Of a stretch of 64,000 nt of DNA, positions 63,041-64,000 are shown in pieces; position 1 is the first letter of the stretch; every line of letters starts with the position of its first letter. Location: positions 103,301-167,300 of the forward strand of contig NW_019217925.1 in the NCBI RefSeq assembly GCF_002571385.2. The letters are read 5' to 3'. This DNA is from Stylophora pistillata (Eukaryota). A program made the translations under genes and the position numbers. The notes under the pieces are model-generated. The model was not told the origin of the DNA and made no database searches. It was given only the letters and a program-made list of their open reading frames with translations.

Positions 63041-64000
63041 TTAGATCCAGAGTTCAACCTGTGTGATGTAGTTCAGTTCTAGATCCTGGAGTTTGTTGTT
63101 GCCTACCATATTTCCTTTTTGCTGCAGCTGGCAAAAAGTAATGAAAATAGGTGTGTTCCAGTATTGCTCTGTGTTCCGGAGCTCTTCATCAAAATGAATC
63201 CTTTCAATGCTAAGCCCCCTGCTTGTGTACACAACAAATTCGTACCATTTAGCACCGGTGAGGGCGATTTGGCCCTGGACTTGATCATAGTAAACATGGT
63301 CCTTTTTTAGTTTGGGTATCCCATCTTTAATTTCTAGATAAAAGTTAGGGTCACTACAGGCTTCTGCTGGAGAAACACTGAACTTTGAACATGGAAATTT
63401 TACTTCCACAACACCATACTGATCTTCAGGACATGAAATATCAACAACTTTCACATCAGGGGTGCATCCAAGGAAAAACAGTTTTGGTGATACAAAGAAT
63501 TCAGATCTTTCCACTTTTACTGGGTGTCCAATTCCATACATGTGTTTTTTGTACTCTCGTAATGCAACAGCCTCATATTTAATACCATGATCAGTACTTG
63601 CTGACCTGAATGGTTTAACATCCAGCATGTCATTACAAAACTTCTCATGGTTTCTTTTTCTTCTCAACATCTTTCCAAAATTTGAGGCTGTAAATCTATA
63701 CCTGCGTTCTTCAGTCCAAGCTTTACAATTATGCTGATCCCTGGTATTTTCTTCTATCTTATTTGCATCATGCATAGTAACCTTAAGTTCATCTAGTAGT
63801 TTATTCTATGGTATATCCAGATCATCAGGCAGATCTAACACAAAGTCATCATTCAAATCATCTAGTGGCAGTGAAGGATGAGTAGGATGGGAATTTGATG
63901 CTCTTGAAGCTTGTTGACTTGGAGCTAAGTTACATTGACTTGGATCTTACCAACTCAGGTGCAGTGGGAATGAACAGAGAATTGGGGTGATGCTTCATAG
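63041..64000 (-). pseudogene. YqaJ/lambda-exonuclease-like gene of the same transposon, convergent with the transposase; its 5' part runs off the window
   Basis: IEENTRDQ..W..ERRYRFTASNFG, HGIKYEAVA, FLGCTPD, VVEVK, HVYYDQVQGQ..FVVYT (PD-(D/E)xK YqaJ motifs, several degenerate). Confidence 0.85.

Overview
Eukaryotic, intron-rich, AT-rich animal DNA. The repeat landscape and the gustatory-receptor-like gene suggest a stony coral or other anthozoan (inference). I reconstructed six spliced genes exon by exon: a GRL/7TM chemoreceptor-like gene with one in-frame TAG (-), U2AF1 (-), PSENEN/PEN-2 (-), SMG9 (+), CFAP126/Flattop (-) and an SLC37A1/A2-type sugar-phosphate exchanger (+). Mobile DNA includes a MULE remnant fused in frame to a Naiad-type Penelope RT, an L2/CR1-type LINE, tRNA-SINEs, many MITEs, Crypton-type tyrosine recombinase remnants and an ISL2EU-type THAP-DDE/YqaJ transposon. 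Three signals stand out. (1) Several sequence-unrelated elements share an inverted-repeat-bounded body plus a long hairpin whose tip has a GNA triloop and tandem GA/GA mismatches. This structure is strand-specific, two families carry tyrosine-recombinase remnants, and four units are stacked in one SMG9 intron. (2) U2AF1 has a tandemly duplicated 63-nt exon pair encoding most of zinc finger 2, probably mutually exclusive. (3) PEN-2 has an AT-AC U12-type intron 9 nt from the human intron position. All coordinates were read by hand and no searches were run.
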